Source of the DNA: Myxococcota bacterium | GTDB lineage: Bacteria; Myxococcota_A; SURF-8 | Direction: 5' to 3' | Length of the DNA: 64,000 bases | Assembly: GCA_963674735.2 (NCBI GenBank) | Contig: CAXXQS010000001.1 | Coordinates: 1,216,001-1,280,000, forward strand | Shown: one piece after another, positions 48,605-58,877 of the stretch | Position numbering within the stretch: position 1 is the stretch's first letter | How the letters are laid out: each line of letters starts with the position of its first letter | Notes under the pieces: generated by a model | What the model saw: the letters and a program-made list of their open reading frames with translations, nothing else | Database searches by the model: none | Told to the model about the DNA's origin: nothing | Position numbers and translations under genes: made by a program

Positions 48605-48981
48605 TTTCCCCTACCTCTTTCTCGTTGGATGGATTGTGCCGGATTGGTTACTCACGAATGACCCCTTATTTTATTTTTCCGATTTGAACGTGCAAGAGCA
48701 TTGCAACCGACGGCACCCTCAATATCTTCCAATACCTCTAAATAGATTGTGTTTTAGTCAACTCGCAATCTTGAAAATTAAAAATTCCTAGAAAACTATA
48801 TCGGCATTCAACGCGCCAAACTTTATAAGGAAATGTCGGAAAATCTAGAAAAGTGGAAGATGGCATTTACATATTTTGAAAAATATTAAAAAAAACTTGC
48901 GCCACCGACTTCAAGGTTAACGGCTCCTATTCAGCGAGCCTGTATTAGCCACGCGTAATCAGCAGAGAATAGAGGTCTGTG

Positions 48982-50367
48982 ATGCAGATAAAACAATTCG
49001 CGACAACAGTAATGATATTGAGTGTATTGGCTGTTTCGTCTCCGGCCTTGGCCGAAAGCTACACGTTGGAAGAGAGTCTCTCTCAAGCTCTGGAAAACTA
49101 TCGAATGGTCAAAGCTGCCGATGCCGAGCAGCAGGCTCGTGAGTATGAGCGACGCGGCATGTTCGGACGTTTTTTTCCTGTCCTGCGCGCCGAAGTCAAC
49201 GCGATGTTATGGGACTCCGATAACCTCTATAACTTTGATACGTCCGGATTCCAACAGCTCTTTGCGGCTTTCCCTGGCGGTGACCAACTGACGGTACCGC
49301 CGATGCAGATCGAGGTGCGGGACAATCTGACAATTCAGACTAAGCTCATGGCGATTCAGCCGCTTACACAACTGTATAAAGTGTACAGCGGTCATGCCGC
49401 GCTGTCCGCTATGGCGGAGTCGGCTCGCTTCGATGCGCTAAACGAGCGTCGCAAGGTGGAACGCGAGGTGACCAACGCCTTTTTCGGTTATATCGGTGCG
49501 CAACAGATGTCCGAATCGGTGGGGCAGGCTCTCAAGCAGGTCGAAGCTTACGAAAAACAGACGCGTGATTATCAAGCTGCCGGATTAGTCGAGCGGGAAG
49601 CTTTGCTGAAAGTTCTGGTTCAGCGGGAGGAGCTCAATCAGGCGAAAAGCCAGGCGGTAAAAGGTGTGAAATTGTCGCGCGCCATGCTCAACATGTACAT
49701 GGGACGTCCGTTGCAGGCAGAGATCGAGGCCGTTTGTGAACGTTGCCAGAACCCCGAAACCAGTTTGCAGGATACGTTGCTCAATCAACAAAAAGAGGCT
49801 TTGGCTGAACGTCCTGACTTACGTTCGGCCCGTGAACAGAGCCGTGCCGCCGCTAGTGGACGTCATGCCGCCATCGGTGACATGCTGCCTGAACTCAATC
49901 TGGTCGGAACTTATATCAACAACTACGGGATGGGTGAGTTGTACCATGAAAATGAATTTTTCGGTGGGTTGATGCTTACTTGGAATTTTTGGGAGTGGGG
50001 AGCCACCTATTACAAAGTAAAAGCCGCCGAAGCGAGAGTGACCCGTGCTGTGGAGCAGGTCGCCGCCGCCGAGGATGGCATTCGACTTGAGGTGCAGCAA
50101 ACACGTTTAGAGCTGGAAGAGGCGATTCAACGTTACATAGCCGCCGTGGCGCGACTGGAACTGGCTGCAGAGTCTCTGCGCCTGGAGCAGAATCGCTATG
50201 AGGCACAGCAGGTAAGCGCGGCCGATTTGGTTGCCGCTCAGACCGCCGAATTGCGTGCCAGAAACGATCAAACCGTGGCAGCAATGCAGGTGGAAGTCGC
50301 ACGGCGAGGGTTGGCGTTGGCGGTGGGTCGCGATTTGCTGACCGAGATGGAATCCGACAAACAATGA
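48982..50367 (+). CDS. TolC-family outer membrane efflux protein
   Basis: Signal peptide; TLEESLSQALENY; RPDLRSA; LPELNL; TWNFWEWG. Lies upstream of the MFP and RND genes. Confidence 0.88.
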   Translation: MQIKQFATTVMILSVLAVSSPALAESYTLEESLSQALENYRMVKAADAEQQAREYERRGMFGRFFPVLRAEVNAMLWDSDNLYNFDTSGFQQLFAAFPGGDQLTVPPMQIEVRDNLTIQTKLMAIQPLTQLYKVYSGHAALSAMAESARFDALNERRKVEREVTNAFFGYIGAQQMSESVGQALKQVEAYEKQTRDYQAAGLVEREALLKVLVQREELNQAKSQAVKGVKLSRAMLNMYMGRPLQAEIEAVCERCQNPETSLQDTLLNQQKEALAERPDLRSAREQSRAAASGRHAAIGDMLPELNLVGTYINNYGMGELYHENEFFGGLMLTWNFWEWGATYYKVKAAEARVTRAVEQVAAAEDGIRLEVQQTRLELEEAIQRYIAAVARLELAAESLRLEQNRYEAQQVSAADLVAAQTAELRARNDQTVAAMQVEVARRGLALAVGRDLLTEMESDKQ

Positions 50368-50411
50368 TCATAACCGAAATAAGGTGAATTTATAATTTAA
50401 GGAGAAACGAC

Positions 50412-51518
50412 ATGCAATTCAAGAATCAGCAAACGCACTTGGCTGTTGTTATGATTGTCGGACTGTTGACGTTCGGGCTATCGAGCTGTGCGAAACATGA
50501 CTCTGGGGAAGTTGTCTTTCAGGAGTTACCCAGCGTGGATGTCAAGGTTGAAACCATCGAAGCCCGGCGTGATACCGGCGTTTTCCAGGCTGTCGGGCGT
50601 GTAAAAAACATGCGCGAGTCCACCATTGCCAGCAAGGTGATGGGAAAGGTGGCCGCCATCCGCGTCAAGGCGGGGGAACGTGTCGATAAAGGGCACTTGC
50701 TGATTGCCATCGATGACCGGGATGTGCGTGGTCAGATGGAGCAGGCTAAAGGTGCGTTGGCGCAAGCCGAAGCGGCGCGTGTGATTGCCAAACAGATGCT
50801 CGATCGTTTCGAAACGCTCAAAAAGAGCGATTCCGCCAGCCAGGCCAAGTATGACAAAGCGGTGTTTGATTTCCAAAGCGCATTGGGAGCGGTGGCTCAG
50901 GCTAAGGGAGCCCTCAAAACCGCGCAAAGCTACCTGAAAGAGACGCGGGTGGTTGCACCATTTAAAGGCCGCATCATCGACACGCTCATCGAAGAAGGGG
51001 AGATGGCCTCGCCGGGTTATCCACTCGTGCGGATGGAAGGGGACGGCGAACTGGAGTTTGAAGCGACCGTGACAGCTCAGGAAATTGGAGCTTTGGCGGT
51101 CGGCCAGCCGGTGACGGTGGAACTCGATTCGGGTCGCAATGACACGCGTGAATTGTCGGGGACAATATACGAAATTGTTCCTGCTATGGATCGCGTCACC
51201 CATTCCAACACCGTGCGTATTCGTCTCGTAGAGATGAAAGGGTTGCGTTCGGGCATGTTCGGTCGTGCCAGTTTCGCCCGCCAAAGCGGCAGTTGCCCCG
51301 GGGTTCTGATTCCCGAAGACCGCTTGGTACGCCAAGGGCAGCTTACCGGTGTTTTCGTGGTTGGAGCGGATGATCGTCTGCGTCTACGGCTCGTACGTGA
51401 AGGGCGGCACCTGAACGGACAGGTGGAAGTCTTGTCGGGATTGGCGAATGGTGACCGGCTGGTCGCCTCGGCGATCGAAGGTTTGGTGGATGGACAGCCG
51501 GCAAAGGTGGTGCAGTAA
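50412..51518 (+). CDS. RND efflux periplasmic adaptor (MFP) lipoprotein
   Basis: Lipobox LSSC; IASKVMGKV..VKAGERV; VVAPFKGRI; LRSGMFGR; VLSGLANGD. Confidence 0.92.
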   Translation: MQFKNQQTHLAVVMIVGLLTFGLSSCAKHDSGEVVFQELPSVDVKVETIEARRDTGVFQAVGRVKNMRESTIASKVMGKVAAIRVKAGERVDKGHLLIAIDDRDVRGQMEQAKGALAQAEAARVIAKQMLDRFETLKKSDSASQAKYDKAVFDFQSALGAVAQAKGALKTAQSYLKETRVVAPFKGRIIDTLIEEGEMASPGYPLVRMEGDGELEFEATVTAQEIGALAVGQPVTVELDSGRNDTRELSGTIYEIVPAMDRVTHSNTVRIRLVEMKGLRSGMFGRASFARQSGSCPGVLIPEDRLVRQGQLTGVFVVGADDRLRLRLVREGRHLNGQVEVLSGLANGDRLVASAIEGLVDGQPAKVVQ

Positions 51519-54500
51519 TGGAAACTAGCAACCAAGCGGCGCAACGCCGCCGATTCGAGCGTAAAAAATTAGGATTTTCGGGCGGAATCGCGGCAGCCTT
51601 TCAGAATAGCAAGCTCACGCCTTTACTGATCGCAGCCGCGCTGTTTCTTGGCGTTTTCGCCACCTCGATTACCCCGCGTGAAGAAGAACCGCAAATTATC
51701 GTGCCGATGGTGGATATCTTCGTTCAGGCGCCCGGACTGAGCGCGACCGAAGTCGAGCAATTGGTCTCGACACCCATGGAAAAGCTGCTATGGGAAATCC
51801 CCGGGCTCGACGACGTTTATACGACTTCCAGGCCCAATATGTCCATGGCGATTCTGCGATTCGATGTCGGTGAGGACGAAGAAGATAGCCTGGTCAAGGT
51901 ATACAACAAACTCAACAGCAACATGGACCGCATCCCCATCGGTGTGACCCAGCCTTTGATCAAATTGAAAGGCATCGATGATGTGCCGGTGATGGCCATT
52001 ACGTTGCATTCGAAAGAATACGACCATTACATGCTGCGTCAGGTGGCGGGTGAGGTGGCCACCGAGTTGAAAAAAGTGGATGAGGTCAGTGAAGTCAACA
52101 TTATGGGCGGGCAGAAACGTCAGATCCGAGTGGCGGTCGACCCCGATCGCCTCGAAGGCCACACGATCTCACCCCTGCAGGTGTACCAGGCTCTAGGACG
52201 CGATAATAGTAATTTGTCGGCCGGGGCTTTTGACCGTGGCGACATGAATTTCCTGGTCGAAGTGGGAGATTTCTTCAGATCGGCACGGGATGTGGAACAA
52301 ACCATCGTAGCCGTCTATAACGAGAAACCGGTTTACTTGGCCGATGTCGCCACCGTTACCGACGGCGTGGAAGAAGTCAAAACCTACGTGTTTCATCGAG
52401 ACGGTTTGGGGAGCGGAAACGCGACGGCTGTCGGCTCTGTTGAGGAGATGATGGCGGATGAAGCTGCCGTTACCATCGCCATCGCCAAACGTCGTGGGGC
52501 GAATGCCACCTGGCTGACCGAAACATTGACCGAGAGGCTGGACTCTTTGAAAGGCTCGGTAATCGTTTCGGGCATCGAGGCTACGGTTACACGCGATTAC
52601 GGCAAAACCGCCGAGGAAAAATCGAACGAACTAATCTTTCATATGCTTTTAGCCACGTTGTCTGTGGTGTTTTTGATGTGGCTGTTTTTGGGGATTAAAG
52701 AGGCATTGGTTGTCTTGGTGGCCGTTCCGGTGACTCTGGCATTAACCCTCTTTGCCAGTTATTTCTTCGGTTACACCCTCAATCGAGTCACATTGTTCGC
52801 TCTAATTTTCGCCATCGGCATTTTGGTGGACGATGCCATCGTGGTTGTCGAAAACATCCACCGGCATTTCCGTATGAAATGGGGAGAATTGGACGTTATG
52901 ACGCCCTTCGCGGTTGACGAGGTGGGCAATCCGACCATTCTCGCCACCTTCACCGTGATTTTCGCTTTGATGCCCATGGCGTTTGTCAGCGGTATGATGG
53001 GCCCCTATATGAGTCCGATTCCCATCAACGCATCGGCGGCCATGCTGTTCAGTTTGGTGGTCGCCTTCGTGGTTACGCCTTGGATGACCAAACGCCTGTT
53101 GGCATTTTCTGAGCGTCGTGCACAGGCTAAGGGAGTTATTCCCGGGACGGATGAAGATGATCACGAGGACAGCGGGAAAATCGGGCGTGTTTATCGTAAG
53201 CTGATTGAGCCGCTGGTGGATCGCCCTCTGTTGCGCTGGGGTGCGCTTGTAGGCGTCGTCTTGTTGCTACTTGCTTCGGTTGGGCTTCTCTATGTGCGAG
53301 CGGTCAAAGTCAAGATGCTGCCGCATGATAACAAGTCGGAATTCCAGGTGGTAATCGACACGGAAGAGGGCACCACTCTTGAACGTACGGCCGCCATAAC
53401 GCGCGAAATTGCCGATGCTCTGGCGAAGGAACCGGTCGTGCGCGATATGCAGATGTACGTGGGCACCGCCGCACCGATCAACTTTAACGGCTTGGTACGT
53501 CATTACTTTTTGCGGCAGGGTCCAAACGTGGCCGATATTCAGGTGAATTTGGTCGAGAAGCATGCACGCAGTGACAAGAGTCACGACATCAGCAAGCGCC
53601 TGCAGCCGATCATTGCACGCATTGGTCAACGCTACAACGCATCGACGTTGATGGCCGAGGTGCCGCCTGGACCCCCCGTATTGTCAACCATGCAAACAGA
53701 AATCTACGGGCCCGACCCGCAGGGACAGCTTGAATTGGCCGGTCAAATCAAGGACTTGTTCGAAGCGTCGCCCAATATCGTCGATGTGGACTGGTATGTC
53801 GAAAACAACCAGCCCGAATTTAAGCTAACCGTCGACAAAGCCAAAGCGGCGCTTTCCGGCGTGACCACCGAGCAGATTACCCACACCATCGGTCTGGCGC
53901 TTTACGGCAAAGCAGCCGGTCTGCTTTATACCGAGCGCGACCGCGAACCGGTGGAAGTAATGGTGCAGGTACCCAGCGGGCAGCGTTCATCCATCGATGC
54001 GCTGGCCGACATCAAAGTTCATGGGACGAACGGCCGCATGGTGGCTATACGCGAGCTGGTCAAGCAGAACCTGAGTGCGGAAGACCGTTTCATCTATCAC
54101 AAAAATCTGCGGAGAGTGGTTTACGTCACCGGCGAGGTGGGGGGGCAGGGCGAGAGCCCGGTATACGCGATCCTCGATACGATGCCCGAAGTCGATAAAA
54201 TCACCGCACCCGACGGCAAGTCGGTTGCACAACTCATGAACGGCATGCCCGGCTCGGAAGAAGGCTATACGCTTAAATGGGATGGTGAATGGCAGATTAC
54301 CTACGAAGTGTTCCGTGATATGGGTATCGCTTTCGCCGTGGTACTGTTGCTGATGTACATCCTGGTGGTGGCATGGTTCAAGAGCTTCCTGACTCCCGTG
54401 ATTATCATGCTGCCAATTCCCCTTACTCTGATCGGTATTTTGCCCGGTCATTGGTTGACCGACACCTACTTTACCGCCACCAGTATGATCGGTTTCATCG

Positions 54501-54802
54501 CACTTGCGGGGATTATCGTTCGTAATTCCATCCTGCTGGTCGATTTCATCGAGCAGGAACTGGAGGCAGGGACGCCGTTGCGGGAAGCAGTGCTGGAAGC
54601 CGGGGCCATTCGTTTTCGCCCGATCTTTCTGACGGCGGCCGCTCTGGTTGTGGGTGGAGCGGTGATCTTGCTCGATCCCATTTTCAGTGGATTGGCGGTC
54701 AGTCTGATTTTCGGTGTCGTTATCGCCACCCTGTTGACCTTGGTGGTCATTCCATTGATCTACTACATGGTGCGCCTCCGCACCATCGAGACTTCGGTTT
54801 GA
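51518..54802 (+). CDS. RND efflux permease (AcrB/CusA superfamily)
   Basis: PREEEPQI, GILVDDAIVVVENI, GIIVRNSILLVDF, RFRPIFLT. Confidence 0.95.
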   Translation: METSNQAAQRRRFERKKLGFSGGIAAAFQNSKLTPLLIAAALFLGVFATSITPREEEPQIIVPMVDIFVQAPGLSATEVEQLVSTPMEKLLWEIPGLDDVYTTSRPNMSMAILRFDVGEDEEDSLVKVYNKLNSNMDRIPIGVTQPLIKLKGIDDVPVMAITLHSKEYDHYMLRQVAGEVATELKKVDEVSEVNIMGGQKRQIRVAVDPDRLEGHTISPLQVYQALGRDNSNLSAGAFDRGDMNFLVEVGDFFRSARDVEQTIVAVYNEKPVYLADVATVTDGVEEVKTYVFHRDGLGSGNATAVGSVEEMMADEAAVTIAIAKRRGANATWLTETLTERLDSLKGSVIVSGIEATVTRDYGKTAEEKSNELIFHMLLATLSVVFLMWLFLGIKEALVVLVAVPVTLALTLFASYFFGYTLNRVTLFALIFAIGILVDDAIVVVENIHRHFRMKWGELDVMTPFAVDEVGNPTILATFTVIFALMPMAFVSGMMGPYMSPIPINASAAMLFSLVVAFVVTPWMTKRLLAFSERRAQAKGVIPGTDEDDHEDSGKIGRVYRKLIEPLVDRPLLRWGALVGVVLLLLASVGLLYVRAVKVKMLPHDNKSEFQVVIDTEEGTTLERTAAITREIADALAKEPVVRDMQMYVGTAAPINFNGLVRHYFLRQGPNVADIQVNLVEKHARSDKSHDISKRLQPIIARIGQRYNASTLMAEVPPGPPVLSTMQTEIYGPDPQGQLELAGQIKDLFEASPNIVDVDWYVENNQPEFKLTVDKAKAALSGVTTEQITHTIGLALYGKAAGLLYTERDREPVEVMVQVPSGQRSSIDALADIKVHGTNGRMVAIRELVKQNLSAEDRFIYHKNLRRVVYVTGEVGGQGESPVYAILDTMPEVDKITAPDGKSVAQLMNGMPGSEEGYTLKWDGEWQITYEVFRDMGIAFAVVLLLMYILVVAWFKSFLTPVIIMLPIPLTLIGILPGHWLTDTYFTATSMIGFIALAGIIVRNSILLVDFIEQELEAGTPLREAVLEAGAIRFRPIFLTAAALVVGGAVILLDPIFSGLAVSLIFGVVIATLLTLVVIPLIYYMVRLRTIETSV

Positions 54803-54827
54803 AAAGTGAAAAGAAACGGAGGAAAGC

Positions 54828-55130
54828 ATGAAATTACTCATGATCATTCTTGATGAATCGGTTAAAGACGATGTAGAGGCGATTTTGGATCGCCACGGAG
54901 TCAAAGGATACAGCGAAATCCCTATGGTATTGGGAGAAGGCCTGAGCGGAAAGAAACTGGCCAGTCGCCTGCACCCGGGAGCCAACAGCATCGTTTTCAC
55001 GATTATCAATGACAATAAGCTGGACGAAATCAAAGTCGACCTTATGACCACTTGCACGGGTAGCCTGGATGACCCGCATTGCCCCAAACCGATCCATATT
55101 GCGGTTTTGAATGTGGAAGAATTTTTTTAA
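54828..55130 (+). CDS. PII-like (PG0541-type) transporter-associated protein
   Basis: MKLLMII...VEAILDRHGVKGYSEIPMVLGEG..G (GlnB-like T-loop region), directly after the RND gene. Confidence 0.75.
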   Translation: MKLLMIILDESVKDDVEAILDRHGVKGYSEIPMVLGEGLSGKKLASRLHPGANSIVFTIINDNKLDEIKVDLMTTCTGSLDDPHCPKPIHIAVLNVEEFF

Positions 55131-55157
55131 ACCTAGGACCGAACAGGAGACGATATC

Positions 55158-55364
55158 ATGGTGGTTAACGATTACCTTCGCGCCATCGCCGGTTTCTTCA
55201 TCGTATTAAGCGTTGGACTGGGAGTTTGGGTGACACCTTGGGCGTTGGCCTTTACTGCCTTTGTCGGGCTTAACCTTTTTCAGTCGGCCTTTTCGAAGAG
55301 TTGTCCGATGATTGCGCTTCTACGAAAGCTCGGTGTTCCCGACAGTCGTCCCGATGGGGGATAA
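55158..55364 (+). CDS. DUF2892 (YgaP-like) small membrane protein
   Basis: LRAIAG...FTAFVGLNLFQSAFSKSCPM...LRKLG. Confidence 0.88.
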   Translation: MVVNDYLRAIAGFFIVLSVGLGVWVTPWALAFTAFVGLNLFQSAFSKSCPMIALLRKLGVPDSRPDGG

Positions 55365-55394
55365 CCGGTGTAGCTGTTTTAGTGATAATGTAGG

Positions 55395-55437
55395 AAACGC
55401 CCTCCGATCCGTTGTTGCGCGGGTTGGAGGGCGTTTT
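55395..55437 (+). terminator. Intrinsic terminator ending the RND operon
   Basis: AAACGCCCTCC...GGAGGGCGTTTT. Confidence 0.75.
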
Positions 55438-55607
55438 GCGTGTATTCCACTCGGATTGGGAATGTGAGCTTCGGCGCAAAGGGATCTTGAATAGCAGGAC
55501 GAACTCAGCTATTCTTGCGATCATACTGTCGAAGAGTAATGGAATGCCTTTTAGGACAAGCGCAGAGGTACTATATCATTCCCCAGGCTCAAACGAAAGA
55601 TCGCAAG

Positions 55608-56771
55608 ATGAAAGCATTGGAAAAAATCGGGTTGACCAAACTAGGATTCCCTACCTTCGGATTGGATCGTCTGGCGAGCTTGAAACCAGCGGACATCCTG
55701 AACTTGGATGTCAATCCCTTGCGGCTGATTTCCCGCAAAGCCGGCGACTCTCCCGGAACGGTTGCACATGTGGGGCGTAAAAAAGTCGAGCAAGTGCGCA
55801 TTTCCATTGTCGACTACGATGCGGAAAAACTGGAAACCGTCGAGGTTGCCGATCTCAATTCCATTGCGGCCTTTCGCGAGCAACCGACGGTCACTTGGTT
55901 GACAGTTGCGGGGCTGCACGATGTGGCGACATTGAAAGAAGTGGGGGAATCGTTTGGCATACACGCCCTCACGCTGGAAGATATCGCCAACACCACCCAT
56001 CGTCCCAAAATGGACACTTTCGATGATTACCTGTTTGTTGTCGGAAAATTTCTTAAATTCAATAACGAGGCTCAAAGGCTAGAAATCGAGCAATTGAGCC
56101 TGATCCTAGGGCGCGAATTTCTCTTGGTCGCTCAAGAAGATAACGACAACCTGTTCGGCGGTGTGCTCGATCGGCTGACACAATCGCGTGGGCGAATCCG
56201 CAAACGCGGTCCGGATTATCTGGCATATACGTTGCTGGACGCGATCGTGGATCATTACTTGGTGGCGGTGGAATCTTTCGGCGATTTAATGGATGATCTG
56301 CAGACGCGATTGCTCAAACAGCCCGACCGCGCGATTCAAAATGAAATATTTCATCTGCGTGAGCAAATCCTATGGGTGTCGAAAGCCGTGGCTCCCATGC
56401 GTGAAATCGTGCGTGAACTCATCAATAGCGAATCGGACCTGATTCAGGAAGAGACCTTGCCGTTTATGCGCGATGTGCACGACCACATGATGCAGGTGGT
56501 GGATGCGCTGGATCATTTCAAGGAAAGTGTAAACTCCCTGTTGGAGCTTTACCACACCACCGTCAGTAATCAAATGAACGACATCATGAAGGTGCTCACC
56601 ATTATCGCCACTATCTTCATCCCACTCTCGTTCATCGCCGGGGTTTACGGAACCAACTTCAAATACATTCCGGAACTTGAGTGGAACTGGGGCTATTTCG
56701 GCATGCTGGGACTGATGGCGCTGACGGCCGGAGGCATGCTGGTGTACTTCTGGCGTAAACGCTGGTTTTAG
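55608..56771 (+). CDS. corA: CorA-family Mg/Co transporter with a GTN variant signature
   Basis: GDSPGT, WLTVAGLHD, LTLEDI..THRPK, DYLAYTLLDAIVD, MNDIMKVLTII..FIPLSFIAGVYGTNF..IPEL. Confidence 0.92.
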   Translation: MKALEKIGLTKLGFPTFGLDRLASLKPADILNLDVNPLRLISRKAGDSPGTVAHVGRKKVEQVRISIVDYDAEKLETVEVADLNSIAAFREQPTVTWLTVAGLHDVATLKEVGESFGIHALTLEDIANTTHRPKMDTFDDYLFVVGKFLKFNNEAQRLEIEQLSLILGREFLLVAQEDNDNLFGGVLDRLTQSRGRIRKRGPDYLAYTLLDAIVDHYLVAVESFGDLMDDLQTRLLKQPDRAIQNEIFHLREQILWVSKAVAPMREIVRELINSESDLIQEETLPFMRDVHDHMMQVVDALDHFKESVNSLLELYHTTVSNQMNDIMKVLTIIATIFIPLSFIAGVYGTNFKYIPELEWNWGYFGMLGLMALTAGGMLVYFWRKRWF

Positions 56772-56904
56772 GACAGCCGACAAGCGATTCCAAGCCCGGA
56801 TCACGGTTTCGTGCGTCCGGGCTTTCAAAGGCGCAAGGCGACCGGTCTGACGTCCAGGCCGCGTTTCTCCGTGATTGTACCGGTCCCTTGTTCCATTCCG
56901 CCAA

Positions 56905-58665
56905 TCAGCGGTTAAGAATCTCCAACAGCGCGCGTGAGGCTTCGGCCGGACCTTGCGACTCGAAACCGGGAATGCCGAGGCGTGTACGCATTTGGCCGAT
57001 GAAAGCTCCGCTTTCCATGGCCGCCTGGAAAGTGCGCCGGGCCAATTCGTCGTGGATGTCCCGGTATTCGGGAGGACCGAAGATATTGGCGAAATAGCTG
57101 TGATTCAGACCGGTTGAAGTGGTGGTGCCTTTCGACATGGCCGCTCCATCGGCGAAAACATCGCGGGCCTGTTCCGCAGAGGAAAAAGGCTCGATCAAGG
57201 GGTGCTTTTCGTCGACATCCTCGTAATTGTTTGCATAAAGCAGGTAGTCGACCGGATAGCCATGCAAGACTTCATCCAGCGTGGTAACCGGCAAAATCAC
57301 ACGGGCGTTGGTCTGGTGTGGGCTCATGATAATGGCGCGATCGATCTGGCCGAAGGCGTACCCTTGCTGTAGATCATCCAGGCGGATAAAGGCCCCGGTT
57401 TCGGTGCCGTAACCAAGCACCTGACCTTCGGGGGATACTTCGAGCGAGCCCATGTCGTCGGCGATGATGGTAAGACCGCGGATATATTCCGCTCCCATCA
57501 GGCGCAGCGCTTCCAGTGTTTCGGATTTACCGGTGGCCGTATCGCCGATCAGCAGCAGATTGGCGGTTTTTCCATTGGTCAGATGGATGCGCGACATGGC
57601 TCCGTGAAAGGGCATCCGTCCGCGTTTCATCATCACGATATTATGCAGAGTGAGCACCATTTTCTTGACGTAGCCGAAGTACGCGAAGCGGTCTTCCAGG
57701 GGAACGAAACCCGCCAGAATGCCGTTTTCTTCATCATCGTAAAACACGGTGGGTTGATCGCCGAATTTGGACAAACTTTCGGTCGGAGCGCCGTATACGA
57801 ATATGGCGTCGGGGCGTTGCTCCAACTGTGCATCGGTGACCAGTTCGAACAAGTTGGCCATCGAGGCGGAAAGGCCAATGAAACGCTTGTGAAAATAGAC
57901 GTGGATGGTCAATGGGCCCACTTGGGCCGGAAAACACAAAAAACGCGACTTGTCGAGTTGCATGCCTTCGAGCGGATTGTCAGGGATGCGCACGAAGTTT
58001 CCGGACCGCTTGTTCATAGGAGGATTGAGAATCAAAGGTGGGTTGATCAGTATTTGCCGCAGCATGGGGATATCATACAACTCGACTGCGTATGGTGTGG
58101 GCAGGTTCGTCTCAACGGGGACGGCGATCATGCCCATATTGCAACCGGCAGTCACCTGGCGGTAAATGCTGGGGTGGTCCCCGCTCAGATTTTCGGAGAT
58201 ATCGCGATACAAGCCGCGCAGCATTTCTTGAAAAGCCTGCACTGTTACATTGAAGGCACGGTAGGGACGGCGTTCGTAAAAAGTGGTGCCGGGCTGGGAT
58301 TTCAAAATCATGTAACGATCGAAATTGCGCCAATAATCATATAGACCATCTACAAATCGTTGAATTTCACGTGTTTTATCGCTGAACGACTCCAGATCAT
58401 CCACCAAACGAAGACATTCAGGAAATGTATTTTTATGCAGACCAACGATGAGCTGAATAAATGCCTCCCGACCGCCTTTTGTGCGGATTGCCGGACTCAA
58501 ATCATCAAGAATCAATGCGTTTTGGGCGTCCAAAGTGGCAAGGTATTGATCGAGGAATTCACGGAATACACTAGAAGTAATAAGCTCTTCGCCGGATGGA
58601 CCGGCTAGGCTGAGCAACTCCATGATGATTTGATTGTCTTCTGTTTCGATTCGGGAAAAATCCAT
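56905..58665 (-). CDS. Atypical phosphoenolpyruvate carboxykinase-like P-loop protein
   Basis: YFGYVKK, PFHGAM (metal His), P-loop GDTATGKSET, kinase-2 IADDMG, GTETGAFIR, TNARV. Confidence 0.75.
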   Translation of the reverse strand: MDFSRIETEDNQIIMELLSLAGPSGEELITSSVFREFLDQYLATLDAQNALILDDLSPAIRTKGGREAFIQLIVGLHKNTFPECLRLVDDLESFSDKTREIQRFVDGLYDYWRNFDRYMILKSQPGTTFYERRPYRAFNVTVQAFQEMLRGLYRDISENLSGDHPSIYRQVTAGCNMGMIAVPVETNLPTPYAVELYDIPMLRQILINPPLILNPPMNKRSGNFVRIPDNPLEGMQLDKSRFLCFPAQVGPLTIHVYFHKRFIGLSASMANLFELVTDAQLEQRPDAIFVYGAPTESLSKFGDQPTVFYDDEENGILAGFVPLEDRFAYFGYVKKMVLTLHNIVMMKRGRMPFHGAMSRIHLTNGKTANLLLIGDTATGKSETLEALRLMGAEYIRGLTIIADDMGSLEVSPEGQVLGYGTETGAFIRLDDLQQGYAFGQIDRAIIMSPHQTNARVILPVTTLDEVLHGYPVDYLLYANNYEDVDEKHPLIEPFSSAEQARDVFADGAAMSKGTTTSTGLNHSYFANIFGPPEYRDIHDELARRTFQAAMESGAFIGQMRTRLGIPGFESQGPAEASRALLEILNR

Positions 58666-58739
58666 ACTGCACCTCCATTTCCCCCAATTCAGTAATTATG
58701 AAGTCTGGATGATATTATCCATTAAATGAATACTCACTC

Positions 58740-58768
58740 ATGTTAACGTATAAATAGAAACCTGTCAA
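58740..58768 (-). promoter_or_regulatory. Putative sigma-70 promoter for the PEPCK-like gene
   Basis: Minus strand TTGACA-N17-TAACAT. Confidence 0.6.
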
Positions 58769-58822
58769 CTAGTATGCAATGAATTGCTTTTAGGATTAGC
58801 GAGTTGATTTAAGGGCGGCCAA

Positions 58823-58851
58823 TTGACATCCGTTCTTCCTAGCCTCATAAT
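58823..58851 (+). promoter_or_regulatory. Putative sigma-70 promoter for the methyltransferase gene
   Basis: TTGACA-N17-CATAAT. Confidence 0.65.
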
Positions 58852-58877
58852 CAATCTTATCTTGATGTGCCTACAAC

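Noticed and set aside
53987-55087. 366-aa minus-strand ORF
   Set aside because: Antisense to the RND permease and the PII-like gene, with no recognisable motifs.
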